A stretch of DNA of 64,000 nucleotides, from positions 13,855-77,854 of the forward strand of contig CAJULT010000003.1 in assembly GCA_910587225.1 (NCBI GenBank). Direction: 5' to 3'. This document shows, piece after piece, positions 32,976-42,965 of the stretch. Position 1 is the first letter of the stretch, and every line of letters begins with the position of its first letter. A program made the translations under genes and the position numbers. The notes beneath the pieces are model-generated. The model saw nothing but the letters and a program-made list of their open reading frames with translations, was not told the DNA's origin and did no database searches. The stretch is from an uncultured Christensenellaceae bacterium (lineage in GTDB: Bacteria > Bacillota > Clostridia > Christensenellales > UBA1242).

Positions 32976-34169
32976 ATGGAATATGTAAAGGGGCAACCCT
33001 ATTTTTGTCAAGTTAAAGAGCCAATCAAAATGTATCCTTATCTTAATAAGGATATAAATTGCGACATCTTAATTGTCGGTGGCGGAATAGATGGTGCTAT
33101 TTTAAACTATTACTTATCAAAAGACTACGACGTAGTTTTAATAGACAAGTCAAGATTTGCAAGGTGCTGTACAAGCTGTGCTACGGTACTCCTTGAATAT
33201 CAGTTAGACGATTACGCCGAGGACTTACTGGATTTTATGAGTGAACAGGACATAGTCGCAACCTATCGAATGGGGCTTGATAGCATAAATTTAATTGAAA
33301 AATTTATAAAAGAAAAAGGGAATTTCTGCCACTTTAGAAAATTGCCTAGTTTTATGTACACTAACTCTATTTTCGGCATTTCAGCCATAGAAAACGAACA
33401 TGATTTTAGAATAAAGCATGATTTCCAATCTCAATTATTCACCGAGGATAATAACCCTTTCCCTTTTAAAATAAAAGCGGGAATATATAATGATGATGGC
33501 GGAGCAGAGTTCAATCCCTATTTGTTTGCCAAGCAAATGATAGAATCTGCGAGCAATCAACAAAAGCTTTACGAAAATACTGAGATTATAAATTTTAGTC
33601 AAAAGAGTGACCATATAGAAGCATATACAAGCTTTGGCGATAAAATTGTGTGCAATAAATTGATTTTAGTTACTGGTTTTAACTTTTCACTTATGAGAGA
33701 TAAAGAATTGTGCGAGCAAGTGGTTTCTTATACAATCGTGACAAAACCAATTAAACAAGATATAGGCATAAATTCATTAGTGCAAGATGATAAAGACCCC
33801 TACCATTATTTAAGAGTATTGCCAGACAATAGGATAATTTTCGGTGGCGAAGATACCAAATACAAGTTGAAACCAATCAACGATAAGCTTGCCGAAAATA
33901 AATATAATAAACTTTTAAAACAGTTAAAAGAAATGCTTCCAAGTATAAGCGAGCAAATAGAAATAGATTATAAGTTTTGTGGAGCATTTGGTTCGACTGA
34001 TAATAATTTAGGGCTTATAGGAAAAACAGAAAATCCTAATGTTTATTACTTTTTAAGCGCCGGCGCTAATGGGATTATAAATGCAATGTCCGGCTGTCAA
34101 ATTATTAAAGATTTGTTAGAAGGCAAAAACAATCCACTTGCCCATCTATTCTCCCCTTTGAGAAATTAA
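32976..34169 (+). CDS. FAD-dependent oxidoreductase (DAO-like)
   Basis: 397 aa. N-terminal dinucleotide-binding ILIVGGGIDGA. The start may instead be the internal MYPYLNK. Confidence 0.7.
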   Translation: MEYVKGQPYFCQVKEPIKMYPYLNKDINCDILIVGGGIDGAILNYYLSKDYDVVLIDKSRFARCCTSCATVLLEYQLDDYAEDLLDFMSEQDIVATYRMGLDSINLIEKFIKEKGNFCHFRKLPSFMYTNSIFGISAIENEHDFRIKHDFQSQLFTEDNNPFPFKIKAGIYNDDGGAEFNPYLFAKQMIESASNQQKLYENTEIINFSQKSDHIEAYTSFGDKIVCNKLILVTGFNFSLMRDKELCEQVVSYTIVTKPIKQDIGINSLVQDDKDPYHYLRVLPDNRIIFGGEDTKYKLKPINDKLAENKYNKLLKQLKEMLPSISEQIEIDYKFCGAFGSTDNNLGLIGKTENPNVYYFLSAGANGIINAMSGCQIIKDLLEGKNNPLAHLFSPLRN

Positions 34170-34194
34170 AAACCTGGGGAATATTTAACACTAT

Positions 34195-34226
34195 TAAAAA
34201 CTGAGAATGATGATTCTCAGTTTTTA
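34195..34226. terminator. Bidirectional terminator
   Basis: ACTGAGAAT (34200-34208) gatg ATTCTCAGT (34213-34221), flanked by A- and T-runs. Confidence 0.75.
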
Positions 34227-34230
34227 CTTT

Positions 34231-34869
34231 CTAAAGTATTTCTTTTATTTTCTTATAAACCATATCAGCTAAATTTTTGTGTGAAGCTTCTGTCAAATGA
34301 ACCCCATCAATTCCAGTTTCAAAATTTAAAGCAGACAAATAATGGCAACCATTTCTTTTCGCTGCCTCTCTAAAGTACTTTTCCAGTTGGACGCTTTTTC
34401 TTTCTGAAGTTTTATCATATTTTCCTTCAAAATTTGAATTTGCTAATTTACCATTGACTTTGACAGGCGTTATAATAAGAATTTGTAGGTTTGTTGAATT
34501 ATGTAAAACTCTTGATTTTATAGGTTTAATAATGTAATTTTCAAGCATGTCGCCAATTTCTTTTGATGACTTGTCATATCTTACTTTTACTTCATTTGTT
34601 CCTAGCATTACAACAATTATATCAAGTGGATCATGACTATCCAAGCAAGGTAGTAAGTAATCATAACCACTTCTACCTTCCTTGCCAGGTCTTGGATCAT
34701 TTGATAAAATTGTGCGAGAGTTTAACCCCTCTTCAATAACACAATAGTCATTGCCAAGGTTTCTTTGCAAAACTTGAGTCCAACGTTGATTTTCATCAAA
34801 TCTCTTATGGTCAGATCCCGAAATATAACCATATGTATTGCTATCGCCATAGCAAAGTATTCTTTTCAT
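34231..34869 (-). CDS. SGNH/GDSL-family hydrolase
   Basis: 212 aa. N-terminal block I (ILCYGDSNTYG) and a C-terminal DGVH block. SD AAGGAG. Confidence 0.8.
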   Translation of the reverse strand: MKRILCYGDSNTYGYISGSDHKRFDENQRWTQVLQRNLGNDYCVIEEGLNSRTILSNDPRPGKEGRSGYDYLLPCLDSHDPLDIIVVMLGTNEVKVRYDKSSKEIGDMLENYIIKPIKSRVLHNSTNLQILIITPVKVNGKLANSNFEGKYDKTSERKSVQLEKYFREAAKRNGCHYLSALNFETGIDGVHLTEASHKNLADMVYKKIKEIL

Positions 34870-34907
34870 TTATATATACTCCTTAGAATTTAATTATGTG
34901 GCATTTG

Positions 34908-36083
34908 TTATATTTCCCTGCTTCCGTTTACTCCGTCTTTAAACATGCAAGGAGATGGACATTTATAATCTGGGAAGGTACATCTTGAACCTTTTGCATA
35001 TAGTTTTAGTCGTTCTGCTTTTGGATGATGATTTGTTTCCAAAGCATCTATATATTTACTTAAAGTTGCATCAGTTTGATTGTTTATTTCAAGTTGAGCA
35101 AAAGTACACTTACGTTCTTTCATTTTTAAAATAAAGTTTTCATATGTGCCTTTTTCATCAATACTTACAAGCATTCCTTGAGGATACTGTTTAACTTGCG
35201 AATTGCAATCATTAAGCCATTTTTCAACCAGTTCCTTATGTTGAGAAAGAATAGGCGGAACATAAAATTCTGGCTTTGGCAAAAGATGCATGTTATAAGA
35301 TAGAGTTCGATGTCTGAGCGCTTGTGCAAGATGTTCAAAAGAACCTTTATAAGTCGTTGCATATACATCACCAAAGTATTCGGTTAACATAGGTTCATCA
35401 TCTCTAGTCATAAGTGAAAACTCTCTATTTTTATTATTTGCAGCAAGCATTTCATCAAGATAAGGCGTGCTTTCAAAACCATGCATCAAATCCTTCATAG
35501 CAGAAATTAGTTTTATTTCAAAATCTGTTTTGCCCTCTTTTGAAACAAATCTTTGCAGAAAATTATATAAAATGTTGAGCTGCCTATATGTAGTAGAATA
35601 TATCATAGGAGTTGGAGTAAAAACTGAAGTTAGGTATCGCGCATTTTCTTGTGCCAGCTTATGAATTCTCTTGTCGTCAAAAAATTTTGGATAAGAAGCT
35701 TGATATTTTTCTTTTATAAGTTTTGTAAAAATTTCAACCCAATTATCATAAAGAAGCTCACACTCGCTACTCATCGACATTTTGGTATATCTTGCTGATT
35801 TTTCACTTGTCGTGTACATCTTTTCATTATTAATAAACATTGCTAATATTTTTGGTATTCCATCTATAAATAGGCTTACCTGCTCATGATCATATACGCT
35901 GTGGTGTTGGTTTTGCTTGGTTTGAAGTACTCGCCTTTGAGTCTTTGCTGGGTCTTCATTTACAAGGTCTTCAAATGAGCCTGGCATATAGCAAATTCCA
36001 GCAGCCTTACCACTAAAATCGTCAAATTCTTCTTTTGCCGCTATGTAATTTATTTTAGTAGACGCTATAATTTTAACTTTCAT
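34908..36083 (-). CDS. Divergent, long ThyX-like (flavin-dependent thymidylate synthase family) protein
   Basis: 391 aa. Contains SEKSARY (compare the ThyX S..S.RY) near residue 95 and an RHRTLS motif near residue 257. SD GAGGGG. Divergently paired with glyA. Confidence 0.5.
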   Translation of the reverse strand: MKVKIIASTKINYIAAKEEFDDFSGKAAGICYMPGSFEDLVNEDPAKTQRRVLQTKQNQHHSVYDHEQVSLFIDGIPKILAMFINNEKMYTTSEKSARYTKMSMSSECELLYDNWVEIFTKLIKEKYQASYPKFFDDKRIHKLAQENARYLTSVFTPTPMIYSTTYRQLNILYNFLQRFVSKEGKTDFEIKLISAMKDLMHGFESTPYLDEMLAANNKNREFSLMTRDDEPMLTEYFGDVYATTYKGSFEHLAQALRHRTLSYNMHLLPKPEFYVPPILSQHKELVEKWLNDCNSQVKQYPQGMLVSIDEKGTYENFILKMKERKCTFAQLEINNQTDATLSKYIDALETNHHPKAERLKLYAKGSRCTFPDYKCPSPCMFKDGVNGSREI

Positions 36084-36177
36084 TTTCCCCTCACACTTTA
36101 AGTATACAATAAGAAGCTTTTACTGTCAAAATATTTGTCGAAATTGCGAAAATTATTTTTATTAAACTAGGTCTTTA

Positions 36178-36186
36178 TGGTAAAAT
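36178..36186 (+). promoter_or_regulatory. Extended -10 element of the glyA promoter
   Basis: TGgTAAAAT about 20 nt before the ATG. SD GGAGGG. Confidence 0.45.
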
Positions 36187-36205
36187 ACAAGCGGAGGGAT
36201 GAATA

Positions 36206-37444
36206 ATGAACCGATTAAAAGAAGTGGACATTGACGTATATAATGCCATCAAAAAAGAAGAAAAAAGACAGAAGGAATATATTGAACTTATCGCAAGTGA
36301 AAATATTGTTAGCAGCGCAGTTAAAGAGGCTGTGGGAAGCGTCCTTACTAACAAATACGCAGAAGGTTATCCGGGAAAACGATATTATTGCGGCTGCGAA
36401 AACGTGGACATTATTGAAAGCCTTGCAATAGAGCGAGCAAAAAAATTATTTGGTGCTGAGCATGCTAATGTTCAACCGCACTCTGGCGCAAGCGCAAACT
36501 TTGCGGTATTTGAAGCACTTTTAAAGCCGGGCGATACTGTACTAGGCATGTCCCTACCTGCGGGCGGACACCTTACACATGGAACTAAGGTAAATGTTTC
36601 AGGCAAGTTCTTTAACGCTATTAGTTACGGCGTAAACCCTGACAGCGAACAAATTGATTATGACCAGGTACAAAGGCTTGCTACTGAGCATAAACCGAAG
36701 CTAATCATAGCTGGGGCAAGTGCGTATCCGCGTAAAATTGATTTTAAAAGATTTAGAGAAATTGCTGACAGCGTTGGAGCTTACCTTATGGTTGACATGG
36801 CGCATATCGCTGGACTTGTAGCTGCGGGGCTACATGAAAACCCATGTAAGTATGCAGATATTGTTACCACAACCACACATAAAACCCTGCGCGGCCCAAG
36901 AGGAGGGCTAATTCTTTGCAAAGCGGAATACGCTAAAAAGATTGATAGCGCAGTCTTTCCAGGCACGCAAGGCGGCCCACTTGAACATATTATTGCAGGC
37001 AAGGCGGTAATGTTTAAGGAAGCGCTAAGTCCTAAGTTTAAAGAATATCAAAAACAAGTAATTAAAAATTGCAAGGTGCTAGGAGATGAACTTAAAAAGT
37101 ATGGGTTCCGACTAGTTGCGGGCGGAACAGACAATCACCTCATCCTTGTTGATCTCACTCCGTTTAATGCCACAGGCAAAGAAATATCTGAGCTTCTACA
37201 CAAGGCGCACATAACTACAAATAAAAACAGCATTCCAAACGAAACACTACCACCTACCGTTACTAGCGGTCTGCGACTTGGCACGCCTGCCGTTACCACA
37301 CTCGGCATGAAAGAGCCAGAAATGAAACTAATTGCCTCTCTCATATACAAGATTGTAACCGAAAGAGAGGCGGCAGTTAAAGAAGTTACGGCGCAGGTTA
37401 AGGCGCTCATGAAAAGATTTCCATTTTCAGGCGTTAACTCTTAA
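36206..37444 (+). CDS. glyA: Serine hydroxymethyltransferase
   Basis: 412 aa. The PLP-lysine block [14 protein letters not shown] is present and the protein is SHMT-like throughout. Confidence 0.95.
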   Translation: MNRLKEVDIDVYNAIKKEEKRQKEYIELIASENIVSSAVKEAVGSVLTNKYAEGYPGKRYYCGCENVDIIESLAIERAKKLFGAEHANVQPHSGASANFAVFEALLKPGDTVLGMSLPAGGHLTHGTKVNVSGKFFNAISYGVNPDSEQIDYDQVQRLATEHKPKLIIAGASAYPRKIDFKRFREIADSVGAYLMVDMAHIAGLVAAGLHENPCKYADIVTTTTHKTLRGPRGGLILCKAEYAKKIDSAVFPGTQGGPLEHIIAGKAVMFKEALSPKFKEYQKQVIKNCKVLGDELKKYGFRLVAGGTDNHLILVDLTPFNATGKEISELLHKAHITTNKNSIPNETLPPTVTSGLRLGTPAVTTLGMKEPEMKLIASLIYKIVTEREAAVKEVTAQVKALMKRFPFSGVNS

Positions 37445-37454
37445 AAATTATAAT

Positions 37455-37487
37455 AACTCACAGCAAAGCCGCTGTGAGTTTATTTAT
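37455..37487 (+). terminator. Terminator after glyA
   Basis: 10-bp stem AACTCACAGC (37455-37464) / GCTGTGAGTT (37471-37480), then a T-rich tail. Confidence 0.6.
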
Positions 37488-37522
37488 AGAATAAGTTTTG
37501 TATTTTTTCACATACTAAATGC

Positions 37523-38572
37523 ATGAAAAAGATATTATTTGCGTCGCTTGCGCTTCCGTTATTTTTAGTTCCCACTGCTGCACCTTGTATGGCAGAAGAA
37601 GTAGAGCTTATCAATTACCAGCTTTTTGATGAAAATGAAAATCTCTTAACCGAGCGGGTTGATATTGAAGTGGGAGATAAATTTATTGATAAAAACTTTA
37701 ACGAGTTTGAAGTTTATCTTGTAGACAAAACGCAGGGCAAAGCAAAAGCAAAATTTGTCCGCACCTATGAAAGACCTAAAATCTCAAAAAAAAGTGAAGT
37801 ATCACCCATTTCATCCAAACCTAAAAAGATAGCACTTTACATGACACACAACGATGAAAGCTATCTAATAGGCGATGGTTACGACAGTATTTATGGTGCT
37901 GGCGGAATTCATGATGTGGCAAAAGCCCTCAAAAGCGAACTTTCAAAAAAAGGAGTCAATGTAGAACTTAACGAAACGTTACATGTTCCCCACAATAGCA
38001 GCGCATACACTAGAAGTAACACTACTGCAAAAGCACTATTAAAAAACTCCCCTGACGCCATATTTGACATCCACAGGGACGGAACAAGCCGAAACTATTA
38101 CCTTGCCAATGTGAACGGCAAAGAGCGTAGCAAGGTGCGCATTGTACTAGGTCAATCCAATTCTAATAGCGCCGCAAACCTTCAATTCGCAATGTATCTT
38201 ATGAGTGTGGCAGAGATTGATTATCCATGGCTATTCCACGATATATACTGGGGCAAAGGGCATTATAATCAAGCCCTATCTAATAAGGCGCTACTTTTCG
38301 AAATGGGAACACATACTATCGAAAAAGACTATGTTTTAGAAACGACAACAGCGCTTGCAGACGTTATTAATACCTGCCTGTACGGGACAAAAGTTGATAA
38401 TGAAAACAATCTTATAGTCGGAGACAATAATGGTAACACAGTAAACGAAAACTTAAATACTCAAACAAATGTATTACCTATAATATTGATCCCATCCGCA
38501 CTAGGTGGAGCGGCAATTGTAGCTACAATAATCATCTCTTGCAAGAAGACGAAAAAATCAAAAAAGAAATAA
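37523..38572 (+). CDS. spoIIP: Stage II sporulation protein P (SpoIIP-family amidase)
   Basis: 349 aa with a signal/anchor. SpoIIP blocks YMTHNDESY and DIHRDG, plus a C-terminal TM and basic tail. Confidence 0.8.
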   Translation: MKKILFASLALPLFLVPTAAPCMAEEVELINYQLFDENENLLTERVDIEVGDKFIDKNFNEFEVYLVDKTQGKAKAKFVRTYERPKISKKSEVSPISSKPKKIALYMTHNDESYLIGDGYDSIYGAGGIHDVAKALKSELSKKGVNVELNETLHVPHNSSAYTRSNTTAKALLKNSPDAIFDIHRDGTSRNYYLANVNGKERSKVRIVLGQSNSNSAANLQFAMYLMSVAEIDYPWLFHDIYWGKGHYNQALSNKALLFEMGTHTIEKDYVLETTTALADVINTCLYGTKVDNENNLIVGDNNGNTVNENLNTQTNVLPIILIPSALGGAAIVATIIISCKKTKKSKKK

Positions 38573-38575
38573 AAA

Positions 38576-38600
38576 AGAAAGCGAACTTCGCTTTCTTTTT
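38576..38600. terminator. Bidirectional terminator
   Basis: AGAAAGCGAA / TTCGCTTTCT hairpin with A- and T-runs. Confidence 0.7.
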
Positions 38601-38634
38601 ATTATATAGTTAAACCAGCCCATACTTAATAGCT

Positions 38635-39774
38635 CTACTTAACATATTTTTTATATTCTTTCAAATACTCGGCTGCTGTGTCGTCCCAATTTTTAGGGAT
38701 CATCTGCTCTGCCTTGTCGCCCACCTCTTTGATTCTTTTCTTATTAGCAAGAAGCTCTATAATCTTATCAGCGAATATCTTGACATCATGTTCAACAATA
38801 AAGCCAGATACTTCGTTTTCTATGCGTTCACTGCTGCCAGTACCTTTCAAGGTAATTGATGGAGTGTGATTTAAAGCCGCCTCAACAATTGTAAGTGGGT
38901 CATTGTCAAATATGGAAGGGAATGGGAAAAGATCTGCCGCGCTATAAAGTGACCCTAGCAGTTTTTTATCGGTTATCTGCCCAGTAAAGATTACATTATC
39001 ACCAATGCCCTGCTTAGCGCAATAGTCTTTAAAATATTGGTCATCAAGACCATGCCCAACAAAAATCATTTTAAAATCAATTCCTGCCTCTTTTACAAGT
39101 TTTAAAGCATCGATTGTAAATTGAAGATTTTTAAATTTAACAATATGTCCTACATAAAGAAGAATGTTATCTTTTTCACTTAGTCCATATTTCTCATAGG
39201 CAAGTAGTTTGTTTTTATCCACATTTTCAACACGGGTAAAATTAGCGCCATTTTTTACAACATGCGCCTCACCATTATAGCCATATAACTTAATTTCATC
39301 TTTAAGGTCATGAGATACTAAATACACTCCTTGAACCTTTTTAAGTTTCTTACCCATGTTTTTTAGAAATGCATTGACAATAGTTTTTGACTTACAACTT
39401 CTCTCAAGTGCAGTTTTAAACTTTGTATGCACTGTCATAATAATTGGAACGTTATTCTTCTTTGCAAACTTAATTGCATATTTGGAAATAGGCATTGGAG
39501 TTTGGCAGTGAATAATGTCAGGCATAAATTCCTTAACCTGCTTTTTAAACTTTCCAGAAATTCCCGGCAAAGCACAAATATCATTATCACTTACTTTAAA
39601 GCTTTTAGTTCTAAAAACTTTAAATGGAAATTCGTCCTTATATTTCTTATTGTATGTAGGTGCGCAAACTGCCACCTCATGATGTTTTGCAAGAGCTGTT
39701 GCGAGCCCTAAAACAGCATTTTCAGTCCCACCAACGCCTGGCAAAAAACTATCAGTAAATATTGCTATTCTCAT
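38635..39774 (-). CDS. Glycosyltransferase family 4 (GT-B)
   Basis: 379 aa. N-terminal MRIAIFTDSFLPGVGGTE and a C-terminal E..VSGFIVE motif. SD AAGGAGA. Confidence 0.8.
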   Translation of the reverse strand: MRIAIFTDSFLPGVGGTENAVLGLATALAKHHEVAVCAPTYNKKYKDEFPFKVFRTKSFKVSDNDICALPGISGKFKKQVKEFMPDIIHCQTPMPISKYAIKFAKKNNVPIIMTVHTKFKTALERSCKSKTIVNAFLKNMGKKLKKVQGVYLVSHDLKDEIKLYGYNGEAHVVKNGANFTRVENVDKNKLLAYEKYGLSEKDNILLYVGHIVKFKNLQFTIDALKLVKEAGIDFKMIFVGHGLDDQYFKDYCAKQGIGDNVIFTGQITDKKLLGSLYSAADLFPFPSIFDNDPLTIVEAALNHTPSITLKGTGSSERIENEVSGFIVEHDVKIFADKIIELLANKKRIKEVGDKAEQMIPKNWDDTAAEYLKEYKKYVK

Positions 39775-39856
39775 GTTTATCTCCTTTTAGCAAGTATGAC
39801 CTTTTTAAAATTTATTGTCAAGTAAAAGACAGCAAAAAAGATGCCCATGGCATCTT

Positions 39857-40879
39857 TTAATAATTAACGTAAAGTAAAAACTGAGTAAAGTTAAACATTC
39901 CTATTACACAGATAATCGCCCCTACAACGCTGCAAAGCAGGTCGATCATTCCAAGCCAATTGCGAGTTTTAATAAACTTCTTGAAATTTAAGAACATATT
40001 TGCAAGACAAAGCGCCAAAACCACACCGAGAAGAATATAAGCAACTCTATGCCCAATCTCTAAATAAGGATAAACGCTTGCCTCTTGTCCAGGAACGATA
40101 TGTGTGTCAAGTAATTTTTTTACAATCCCTTTCATCGAATAAGTAAATACACCGACAAACAATCCCATAAAGCCTAGACCTAAATTGGTAGACGCTTTGA
40201 AATCTGCAAAACTTCCATGAGTTGATATAAACCCAAATGGAAGAAATAACAACAACGAGAATACAATGACGAGAATATTATGTTCAACCATGTTTGTGTA
40301 TGCGCCGATAGCACCATGCATCATTGTATGAGAATTTATCGTCATCCAAATAGTAATCGCTAAAAGCAGCGTGGTCAAAATACTGTTAATTATAAGGGAT
40401 TTTCTATCTTTTGAAACAAGAATAGAAAACATTGCATAAACCACTAGTCCCCATTGAAGAAGATTCAGGTAATAATATACATTCCAATATTGCGTCGCCC
40501 CTTTTCCCGCAAACAAAGAGACAAGAATTATTGAAAGAACTAAGCAAACGCCACTAAGTACAAGACCGATTATTTTTTCATATTTTAATAAGAAATTATA
40601 GATCTTATTAATAAATCCATTATTACAAATTGTTTTTTGTTCATACGCTTGCCCATCTTTTTTTGATGCCACCATATATATAATAAGATAGATAATGTTT
40701 ACTGCCATAAAGGCAAGCACACCAAATCCAAAACTAGTGATTAGGCGCAGTGCGGTATGGGTAAGCCCATTGGTAAGTTCTTGCACAAGATACAAAAAGC
40801 CCCCTACCAGCAATAAAATTGGTGTAAAAATTGTTAAATACTTTTTTATCTCTTGCAAAACTCGTAAACTTTTTTTCAT
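39857..40879 (-). CDS. Polytopic membrane protein, unknown function
   Basis: 340 aa with about 9 hydrophobic helices. Confidence 0.65.
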   Translation of the reverse strand: MKKSLRVLQEIKKYLTIFTPILLLVGGFLYLVQELTNGLTHTALRLITSFGFGVLAFMAVNIIYLIIYMVASKKDGQAYEQKTICNNGFINKIYNFLLKYEKIIGLVLSGVCLVLSIILVSLFAGKGATQYWNVYYYLNLLQWGLVVYAMFSILVSKDRKSLIINSILTTLLLAITIWMTINSHTMMHGAIGAYTNMVEHNILVIVFSLLLFLPFGFISTHGSFADFKASTNLGLGFMGLFVGVFTYSMKGIVKKLLDTHIVPGQEASVYPYLEIGHRVAYILLGVVLALCLANMFLNFKKFIKTRNWLGMIDLLCSVVGAIICVIGMFNFTQFLLYVNY

Positions 40880-40925
40880 TTTTTCCTCCGGTATAAAAAA
40901 GGCGACTAGCGCCTTTTTTTAATAT

Positions 40926-42719
40926 TTAAGCATTTTTATTAACAATATTTCCGTAAGTATCAATAGTAAAATTACCTACATTTTCTGTTGTTACTTCACT
41001 GCTATTTGCAATAAGCCATGCTTCATATGCTGTTTTATATTTTTCGCTAAGGGTTGGATTACTTTCCGTATATTTTTCCATCAATGCTTTATAAGTATTG
41101 CCTTGATTTAGAATTAAAGTTGTAAACTCTTGATTATCTCTATCCCAAACAAGAGTTCCATTGTCGTATCTTGTTTGCAGGTTACTCTCGTTAGCAAGAG
41201 TGCTTTTTCCTGAAAGCATTGCGAATTCAATTTGAATTGAAGCTTCATAACCTTTGTATGTTGAACTGCTAAGTCCACCAAGAACAAAATCATATCCAAG
41301 GTATGCAAAGTTTTCAGCTGCAACCCCGCCTGGCAGTATACCAACAAGTTTTCCTTCGCTATCATTTTTATAGAAAGAGTTTACCATATCAAACATAACC
41401 TGTGTTACATACTCGTTCGCCTCGCCAGAAACGCCACTTACATAAGTATAATTTCCGTCTTGCCAGTTTGCTCTAACATTTATAACTTCAGAAGGGTGTC
41501 CTTTATACAAGATATCATAAGTATCCCCGTATAATCTCAAAGTTAATTTAAGTTCGTACACATATTCCATGTACATATTTGCCGCGAAAAGCTTAGCTCC
41601 GTCTGAAAGACTTGTTGCAGTAAGAGCATTGTACATAATGTCATAGTCTTCCTTAGTCATGAAAACTTCCTTAAATGCCTCATCTAAATCATCATAATTT
41701 GAAACAAGTTGTGCTATATCTGTCATGTTAGCAACTTTTTCAGTTGATGAACTTTTTACACGAGTACCTATGAATACAAGTTTCTTGGAAGGAACAGTAG
41801 CATCTCCTACTTTCGTTCTTGTGAAGAGTTGGTCGGTTACCGCTCTATCAGCCCCAAACATAAGAGTGAGGTAATTTTCTTTTTGTGTTGCATTCAAGCT
41901 TTCAACATATTCACTGATAGATCTATAAGATATGTTAGCTTTCTCCACGCCTTCCATATCTTCAATACCAAACACTCCGTAAAGCTTGCTTCCTTTAAGA
42001 ACAGCATTTTTATCCAACTCATTTTTTAAGCCTGTCTTAGTTTGCATAATATAAGAAAACTGACCAAGACTTGCAAGAGCTAATGCGCTTTCGTGATTTT
42101 CAAGCACATAACCTTCTTGTCCATGACTATCACGAATGGTTTTTAATTGCGCTTTACAAGAATTAACTCTTTCTTGATAGGCAACATACGCAGGATCTTC
42201 AACTTCATCTGAAGCTTTTATGTTTTGCACATAATATTTGTAAGCATCGCTATAAGCGCCAGAACCATCTTCAACCATGACAAGTCTAAATTGGTCATCT
42301 TTTAGCCCAGCTTTAATTGCAGTTGCATAAATTGCCATAGCGCTATAATCTCTACAATAGATGGTAAACTTTGCTCGACTATCTCTGCCTTGAATTTGCT
42401 CAATAGCGCGACCAATTGCAGAATTCATTTGATTTACAATATCCGCATTTTCATTTTTGGTAGGATCAAATCCTAAGTTTTGAAATTGTGCTACGCTTCC
42501 AATACCTGAATAAGTCTTTCCTCTTTCAATAAAAGCGTAGGTATCATTTCCATTCTTAATACAATCTAGCGCTGCAATAACTGGCGGAATACTCGCCTGC
42601 GTTGCAACGATGTTGTACTCCTTTCCTTCTCCTCCATTGTTACAGCCGGTAAGTGCAACTCCGCAAGGAACTGCTGCGCATGCGAGTGCTAGCGCTGCGC
42701 CAATGATTTTTTTCTTCAT
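40926..42719 (-). CDS. Large hypothetical lipoprotein (597 aa)
   Basis: Signal peptide with lipobox VALTGC. SD GGAGAGGG. Confidence 0.75.
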   Translation of the reverse strand: MKKKIIGAALALACAAVPCGVALTGCNNGGEGKEYNIVATQASIPPVIAALDCIKNGNDTYAFIERGKTYSGIGSVAQFQNLGFDPTKNENADIVNQMNSAIGRAIEQIQGRDSRAKFTIYCRDYSAMAIYATAIKAGLKDDQFRLVMVEDGSGAYSDAYKYYVQNIKASDEVEDPAYVAYQERVNSCKAQLKTIRDSHGQEGYVLENHESALALASLGQFSYIMQTKTGLKNELDKNAVLKGSKLYGVFGIEDMEGVEKANISYRSISEYVESLNATQKENYLTLMFGADRAVTDQLFTRTKVGDATVPSKKLVFIGTRVKSSSTEKVANMTDIAQLVSNYDDLDEAFKEVFMTKEDYDIMYNALTATSLSDGAKLFAANMYMEYVYELKLTLRLYGDTYDILYKGHPSEVINVRANWQDGNYTYVSGVSGEANEYVTQVMFDMVNSFYKNDSEGKLVGILPGGVAAENFAYLGYDFVLGGLSSSTYKGYEASIQIEFAMLSGKSTLANESNLQTRYDNGTLVWDRDNQEFTTLILNQGNTYKALMEKYTESNPTLSEKYKTAYEAWLIANSSEVTTENVGNFTIDTYGNIVNKNA

Positions 42720-42763
42720 AAACCCTCTCCTTTTTTTATTTTGAATTTGTTTTATTCGTTATT

Positions 42764-42794
42764 AGTTTAGCAAATCCCCCCCCCCGTGCTGTCA
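42764..42794 (-). promoter_or_regulatory. Lipoprotein promoter with a G9 homopolymer in the spacer
   Basis: On the minus strand: TTGACA (42789-42794), a 19-nt spacer containing G9 (42776-42784), then TGcTAAACT (-10 at 42764-42769). Confidence 0.55.
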
Positions 42795-42965
42795 AGTAAA
42801 TCATGCTTATTTTAGAAAATTGTTTTGATTAAAAAATTAGTCATCTAAAAAAGCACTAATTCCCTTTATTTTCGGGGAAAGGAGGGTTTATAAACTATTA
42901 TAACCAGATTAAAAAATGCTCAAATCAAAAAAATTTATTATTTTTTCTCTTCCTGCCGAATATTG

